Shown: one piece after another, positions 51,910 through 58,712 of the stretch | How positions within the stretch are numbered: position 1 is the stretch's first letter | Layout: each line of letters starts with the position of its first letter | From: Octopus sinensis | Lineage: Eukaryota | Length of the DNA: 58,712 nucleotides | Direction of reading: 5' to 3' | Assembly (NCBI RefSeq): GCF_006345805.1 | Contig: NW_021833004.1 | Coordinates: 1-58,712 of the forward strand | Translations under genes and position numbers: made by a program | The notes under the pieces: generated by a model | What the model was told of the DNA's origin: nothing | Databases searched by the model: none | Seen by the model: the letters and a program-made list of their open reading frames with translations, nothing else

Positions 51910-52090
51910 TAAAATATTATTAGAGACAAAACCACTATTTGCAAAACAAACAAGGAAAGACTTAATCAAAACATAAAATTTAATAAAAAGTCAAAAAACC
52001 GCCACACTATTTATTAAAATTTTATGTATTGATTAAGTCTTTCCTTGTTTGTTTTGCAAAATAGTGGGTGTTTGTCTTAATAATATTTTA
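51910..52090. repeat. Long inverted repeat (~78-bp arms, ~21-nt loop)
   Basis: GCAAAACAAACAAGGAAAGACTTAATCAA versus TTGATTAAGTCTTTCCTTGTTTGTTTTGC. Confidence 0.9.
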
Positions 52091-52115
52091 TATATATTAT
52101 ATTATTATATTATAT

Positions 52116-52147
<32 letters not shown>

Positions 52148-52230
52148 ACTGTATATAATATACTATATATATATAATATACTGTAGGTATATATATATAT
52201 ACAGTATATTATATATATATACATACATAT

Positions 52231-52284
<54 letters not shown>

Positions 52285-52324
52285 TTATATGTATGGTATA
52301 TACAGTATAGTATATATAATATAC

Positions 52325-52356
<32 letters not shown>

Positions 52357-52606
52357 ACTATATGTTACATATATAGATATATATCTATATATATATTATA
52401 ATTACATATATATATATAATGTACTGTATGTATACATATATATATATTATATACATATATATATACATCTTATATATACATATATATACATATATATATA
52501 TACATATATATATACATATATATATATGATATACTGTATGTAAATATATATGTATATATCATAAATCATATGTTTATATATTTATATATGCATATAAATG
52601 TGTGTG

Positions 52607-52673
52607 TGGAAGCGCAATGGCCCAGTGGTTAGGGCAGCGGACTCGCGGTCGTAGCATCACGGTTTCGATTCCC
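52607..52673 (+). mobile_element. Truncated tRNA-derived SINE head
   Basis: Near-identical to the 1812-1875 head. Confidence 0.7.
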
Positions 52674-52907
52674 TACGTTTAGGACAATGCAAACACGACG
52701 CAAAAAAAATAGATATAAATAGATCAATAAATAAATAAATACACGTGATAAGTGACGTGTGTATCGAAGGATCAAGTTTCCTTAAGAGACTAAACAAAGA
52801 AAAAAACAAGTAACCGTCCAAATATTTACCTATCACAACAATTAGGCGGTTACAAATGCAAATAACCTTTATATCCTGATAATGGGCCGAGGAAAGTCTA
52901 GAAACAG

Positions 52908-53020
52908 GCGACGACGTGGCTGTGTGGTTGGAATCTTGCTTCCCAACCACATGGTTCCGTGTTCAGTCTCACTGTGTGTCACTTTAGGCGAGTGTTTTCT
53001 ACTATAGCCTCGGGCAGACC
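52908..53020 (+). mobile_element. 5' fragment of the CORE-type SINE
   Basis: GTGGCTGTGTGG...CCAACCACATGGTTCCG...CTACTATAGCCTCGGGC. Confidence 0.65.
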
Positions 53021-53082
53021 ACAATAGGGTGACGCATTAAGTCTACCATAACAAAAGCAAGCAGGACTGAAAGATTCCATCA

Positions 53083-53803
53083 CAGAGTACAGCAGAGTAC
53101 CACAGGGTACAGCAGAATACCCTAGGGTACATCAGAATACCACAGGGTACAGCAGAGTACCACAGGGTACAGCAGAATACCCTAGGGTACATCAGAATAC
53201 CACAGGGTACAGCAGAGTACCACAGGGTACAGCAGAGTACCACAGGGTACAGCAGAATACCCTAGGGTACATCAGAATACCACAGGGTACAGCAGAGTAC
53301 CATAGGGTACAGCAGAATACCCTAGGGTACATCAGAATACCACAGGGTACAGCAGAGTACCACAGGGTACAGCAGAATACCACAGGGTACAGCAGAGTAC
53401 CACAGGGTACAGCAGATACCACAGGATACAGCAGAGTACCACAGGGTACAGCAGAATACCACAGGATACAGCAGAGTACCACAGGGTACATCAGATACCA
53501 CAGGATACAGCAGAGTACCACAGGGTACAGCAGAATACCCCAGGGTACAGAAGAGTACCACAGGGTACAGCAGAATACCACAGGATACAGCAGAGTACCA
53601 CAGGGTACATCAGATACCACAGGATACAGCAGAGTACCACAGGGTACAGCAGAATACCCCAGGGTACAGAAGAGTACCACAGGGTACAGCAGAATACCAC
53701 AGGATACAGCAGAGTACCACAGGGTACATCAGATACCACAGGATACAGCAGAGTACCACAGGGTACAGCAGAATACCACAGGGTACAGCAGGGTACCACA
53801 GTA
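53083..53803. repeat. Minisatellite, 10/20-bp unit (AGCAGARTAC CACAGGRTAC), ~36 dimers
   Basis: Directly visible tandem array. Confidence 0.95.
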
Positions 53804-53809
53804 TGTTGT

Positions 53810-53966
53810 CCTTGTTGTGCTGCGGTGGTTTGTGTGGTTCAATGACCCTCAGAGCTATACCTGCATAGAGAGGGATCCAATGGAGTGCAAGCTCCTGCTA
53901 GGGTGGCTCCTTCGCTGGACAGAGCAAATGATAGAGGATAGACTAATATGGACTACCTCTCCCCAC
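53810..53966 (+). mobile_element. RTE-like LINE 5' UTR fragment
   Basis: CTTGTTGTG..GGTTTGTGTGGTTCAATGACCCTCAGAGCTATACC..CTCCTGCTAGGGT..GGACAG..GACTAA resembles RTE/BovB/Expander 5' ends (recognised from memory). Confidence 0.45.
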
Positions 53967-55687
53967 AGGGAGGATAGACTAATATGGACTACCTCTCCCC
54001 ACCTTTGCCTACGAAGAAAGCAAATTTACCGAAGCATCGATGACAATTGAAAACTAACAAGACTTAGGAGAGGAAGACATTCCTTCAGGTAAAACTAGAA
54101 GGATTCTAGAGATTCTGTAGGCAATGAGGATCTGTTGGGAGATTATGTCTAAAAAGAAAAGGGATCTAACAGGAGAAATGCAGAAAAGACAGTCCAATAT
54201 TACAAACAGTGGAGATAATTTGTCAATGGTCTGTGCTCCTTCGGGAGTGAAGTTCCTGGGAGGGTCTCGTCTCACATGCCAAACTCATATATATATATAC
54301 AAAGGTCAAATTCATATACTCAAAATCTTAGGGTCAAAAGATAGAAGCCAGATTTATGTGGATTACCTCTTCCCAGGAGTAAAAATGGGTTTGTGTAGGG
54401 TCAAGGCACTTATCTAGAAAAAATTAAAAGGAAGGTTACTGAGGTATTGTTGACAATTCAAAACCAACGACATTTGGGAGAGTACGGCCTTTCTTCAGGG
54501 AAACATAAGTGAGATACTGAGGCAAAGCTGAAAAAGAAAGGGGCCAATTAGAGAGAAGCAGGGAAGAAGAGTCCAGGGGAGAGAAGTTGTGAATGGCCAA
54601 TGTTCGATAGGGGGTAAAGTTCTTAGTAGGGTCTTTCATGTTGAACAGGTTAAAGGACGGAGGCCAGAGTAATAAGGAGCATCTCTTCCCAGAGGTGAAA
54701 ATAGGTTTGCATAGGGCCGAGACCCCTACCTAGAAGAAAGCTAAGTTACAGAAGCATCGATGACAAAAACCAACAGGATTTGGGGAGAGTAAGGCCTTCT
54801 CTGAGGAAAACAAAAGCGAAACACTGAGTGGGAGATCCAAATGGAGAACAGACAGCCCAGAAGAGAGACATTGGAGAGGAGTCATGAAGGACCAAGAGCT
54901 GCATAGGGAGCGAAAGGTTTGAGCAAAAACGGGGACTTCTGGGACGTTCTGAAGTTGGTTTCAGAATGATGGAATTTCGGGCAAATAAGAAGAAACCGCT
55001 AACATGAATATCGTTCAAGGAGGTGCTCCAGCATGGGCGTAGTCCAAAAACAGAAGCAAACACAGGATAAAGTATATACGAAGATGCTGCGAGTGTATCG
55101 CGAATGCGTTGGTGAGAGTAAGGGGCGTGGCAAAGGAGGGTTTTTCTGGGGAGGAGTTTTTATTGATTGAATGTCTCCGGTGTTAAAGATGGAAGCGAAA
55201 CAACCAACGAATGCGATGCGCTGAGGTTCATCAGCAGAAGTTCATAACTCGCGGAGAAAAGGGTTTTTTTATTGGTTTTTATTCGAGTGTTTTTTGGTGA
55301 GGTTTAGGAGGACGTGGAGACACAGGATGGTAGGACTGCTCCGTACAGACCAACACACACACACACACACACACACAATGGTACACGGGTGTGTGAGTCG
55401 AAAATAGTTTACAGTTTGAAAATATTTGGTGTAATTGTCTATAAATATGTCACAATTACGTAATATGAACTATACATTTGTGTGTGTGTATGTGCATGTG
55501 AACTATATATAAAAATTTGCGTGTGTGTCTGTACATGTATATTTGCGTGTGTATGCGTGTGTGTATATATAAATAATATATATATATATAAATACATATA
55601 GACATATATATGTATATATATGGTGGTATAAATTATATATATTTATGTATATATGTGTATATATATATATTTATATTGTATATGTAT

Positions 55688-55731
<44 letters not shown>

Positions 55732-55736
<5 letters not shown>

Positions 55737-55892
55737 AGAGTTTACGAAAATAAACAAAGACGAAGACAGGTGGTGTAGAAAACAAACAGATGTATTAGTA
55801 TAACGCTCAGGAATAGAAAAAGCCTTTTACGTTTCGAGCCTACGCTCTTCTACAGAAAGGGACACAGAAAAAAACAAGGAGAGAAAAAAATG
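55732..55892 (-). mobile_element. Solo PLE pLTR-like repeat
   Basis: Near-identical to 2785-2955. Flanked by (TA)n. Confidence 0.78.
55823..55860 (-). ncRNA. Minimal type I hammerhead ribozyme-like motif (variant core)
   Basis: CCUUU-CUGUAGA-A-GAGC-GUAG-GCUC-GAAA-CG-UA-AAAGG. Confidence 0.58.
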
Positions 55893-55914
55893 TATATATA
55901 TATATGTTTGTGTG

Positions 55915-56375
55915 TCTCTTCGTAGTAGCCCACGTCTCACCTGCAGATAAGAACGCAGGTGGGATAACGGTGCTATCGACGAGTCTGGCACGCATTGTAC
56001 TGTCTGGTTTTGTTTTGAGCACATCCTTTATTGAGTTAAATACCTTTCCTCCTGCCCTTATTCTCTTTGAGATTTCAGCCCCCATATCTCAGCGCATATT
56101 CACTGTGTGCCCTTAATAGACCCATCCATTTCATCGCCTCCTGTCTCTTTCCGACCTTATCCGTCTTCCGACTGCATATATTTTGCTTTCATGCGGTTCA
56201 CTTTAAGGCCTCCTTCGAAGCCAAGAGTGTCCAGCTCCGTCAGCGAGGTCTGTAGCTGGTCTGCGGCTGTAGTGATGATTATAATATCGCCTGTGAATCG
56301 GGGATGTTTTAGTTGCTTGTCATTGATATTCACGCCACCTGTCTAGTTAATGTCCTTCGTGACCTTTTCTGAACA
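55915..56375 (-). mobile_element. RTE-clade LINE reverse transcriptase remnant
   Basis: GVNINDKQLKHPRFTGDIIII...GLKVNRMKAKYM and EISKRIRAGGKVFNSIKDVL...LSAGETW match the RTE RT C-terminal pattern (LxHLRFADD; EIxxRI; YGxETW). Confidence 0.8.
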
Positions 56376-56379
56376 TGTG

Positions 56380-56782
56380 GCAAAGAGCTTTGGAGAGATG
56401 GGGCGAAGTGCTTCGCGGTATTTCGTCTGTCGCTACGTTCTGAGTTCAAATTCCGCCGAGGTCGACTTTACCTTTCATCCTTTCGGGGTCGATTAAATAA
56501 GTACCAGTTACTGGGGTCGATATAATCGACTTAATCCATTTGTCTGTCCTTGTTTGTCCTCTCTGTGTTTAGCCCCTTGTGGGTAGTAAAGAAATAGGTA
56601 TTTCATCTGCCGCTACGTTCTGAGTTCAAATTCCGGTGAGGTCGACTTTGCCTTTCATCCTTTCGGGGTTGATTAAATAAGTACCAGTTACGCACTGGGG
56701 TCGATATAATCGACTTAATCCGTTTGTCTCTCCTTGTTTGTCCTCTCTGTGTTTAGCCCCTTGTGGGTAGTAAAGAAATGAG
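56380..56782 (+). mobile_element. Nin/Deu-domain-like SINE, tandem dimer
   Basis: Two near-identical ~180-bp units (starting near 56431 and 56611), homologous to 43877-44252. Confidence 0.75.
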
Positions 56783-57029
56783 TATTCCTTGCTTGACACC
56801 CTTCTCAATTGGCATTCTTATTGGTGATGACTGCAGAGATATCTCTGTTATGCATCCGGTGTTCGCTCAGAATTCACATCAAAGTGCTCAGAACCTCTGA
56901 GCACTTTGCTGTATTGTGTCTCAACACCTTACATTTCCAGTGATTTCAAAACTGAGTTCATCTCGACGCTATCAGACGCCATTCGTAACCTAACTCAGAA
57001 TCTACAGAACCCGGAGTATAAAAGATTCA

Positions 57030-57450
57030 TAGGCGTAGGAGTGGCTGTGTGGTAAGTAGCTTGCTAACCAACCACATGGTTCCGGGTTCAGTCCCACTGC
57101 GTGGCATCTTGGGCAAGTGTCTTCTGCTATAGCCCCGGGCCGACCAATGCCTTGTGAGTGGATTTGGTAGACGGAAACTGAAAGAAGCCTGTCGTATATA
57201 TGTATATATATATGTATGTGTGTGTATATGTTTGTGTGTCTGTGTTTGTCCCCCTAGCATTGCTTGACAACCGATGCTGGTGTGTTTACCTCCCCGTCAC
57301 TTAGCGGTTCGGCAAAAGAGACCGATAGAATAAGTACTGGGCTTACAAAGAATAAGTCCCGGGGTCGATTTGCTCGACGAAAAGGCGGTGCTCCAGCATG
57401 GCCGCAGTCAAATGACTGAAAACAAGTAAAAGAGTAAAAGAGAAAGAGAG
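57030..57450 (+). mobile_element. Full-length copy of the same CORE-type SINE
   Basis: Reverse-complement match to 8760-9183. Confidence 0.88.
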
Positions 57451-57859
57451 AGTCAACAATCACATCGAACATATATTCCCGTGTGTGCGTGTAGTTTTAT
57501 GTTTGTGTGTGTCTGTGTGTCTTTGTACAGTCATAAAACTAGTGTCATAGATACGTGTTTCGGTTTTATTTCTGAACTCGTCAGCGTAACACAGTCCAAC
57601 GTTGCGTTCAGATAAGCGTTTTATATAGTTTTTTTTTCCTATTGAGAGCAGGAATTGGGTACGTTTTTTTTTTTTTTTTGTCAGGGGTGAATTGGTAATT
57701 GGTACAATGAAAGAAAGAAAAAAGGAAAAGAGAGAGAGAGGGAGAGGGAGAGAGAATATAAAATTTAATGAGAAATGAGGTATTATTGTTGATAACGAAT
57801 TTAAGAGTGGGATGTACAGTAATGAGTACGCAATAACAGATTAATTTCTCCCACGTATA

Positions 57860-58169
57860 TATGTGTGTGTGTGTGTATACATATATATATATATATATAT
57901 ACACACACATATACACACATACAGACATATATACATACATTTACACACACATTCAGACAGATATATATACATATACACACATACACATACAGACAGATAT
58001 ATATACACACATATACACACATACAGATACACACACACATACAGATATATATACACTCATACAGATACACACACATACAGACAGATATGTATACACACAT
58101 ATACACACACACATACACACACAGATATACATACACATGTATACACACATACACATACACACACATACA

Positions 58170-58206
<37 letters not shown>

Positions 58207-58240
58207 CACACATATACACACATACACACACACATAAATA
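57860..58240. repeat. (CA/TA)n compound microsatellite
   Basis: Directly visible. Confidence 0.9.
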
Positions 58241-58320
58241 TAGAGACTCATATTTTACGTAAATGAGATAATGAAGATAATACCGTAAAATACAGGTGTA
58301 TAATTATAGTAACTACCTGT

Positions 58321-58520
58321 TATCTTTCACCTGTTTCAGTAATTACACTGCGGCCATGCTGGGGCATCGCACTGTAGAATTTCGGTCGCACGAATCGACA
58401 CCTGTGCTTATTTCTATTGTTAAGCCTAAAAAACTTGTCCTGTTTTTTCTCCTCTTTTGCCGAACCGCTAAGTTGCAAGGATGTAAACACACCAACACAG
58501 GTTGTCAAGCCGAGTAGGGA
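58321..58520 (-). mobile_element. 3' fragment of the CORE-type SINE
   Basis: CTGCGGCCATGCTGG...CTCTTTTGCCGAACCGCTAAG...GGTTGTCAAGC. Confidence 0.7.
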
Positions 58521-58712
58521 AAGCAAACGCGGGAAAAAAGACAAGATTCGCGTGCGCACACACACACACGTATTCATACACACATACATACATACACACG
58601 AATTCATACACATACGCACACACATGCACACACGCATTCATACATACATACAAACACATACACGCATTCACACACATACACAAACATGCACACACGCATT
58701 CACACACACACT

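Noticed and set aside
53083-53803. Regular array resembling CRISPR
   Set aside because: No unique spacers, no cas genes, eukaryotic context.

Overview
AT-rich, microsatellite-dense animal genomic DNA. The SINE types and (TA)n/(CA)n density suggest a coleoid cephalopod such as Octopus (inference). One host gene is supported: a minus-strand TIS11/ZFP36-family tandem CCCH zinc-finger mRNA-decay factor. I rebuild it as coding exon 1 (41029-41073, MTSVTSLYEIKEPIR), a 17.6-kb phase-0 intron, and exon 2 (23427-21412), giving about 686 aa. It has a TATA/GC-box promoter near 41.8 kb and a probable ~8.4-kb ARE-rich 3' UTR ending near 12.96 kb. The flanks (1-12.9 kb, 43-58.7 kb) hold tRNA-derived SINEs, Penelope-like element (PLE) fragments, CR1-like and RTE LINE remnants, mariner and hAT-like DNA transposon remnants, and mini/microsatellites. 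The most unusual signal is a PLE-linked ~170-bp repeat family carrying minimal hammerhead-ribozyme motifs with a shared non-canonical core (CUGYNGA-A), plus two unrelated hammerhead-like motifs. Almost all other ORFs in the track are microsatellite artefacts.
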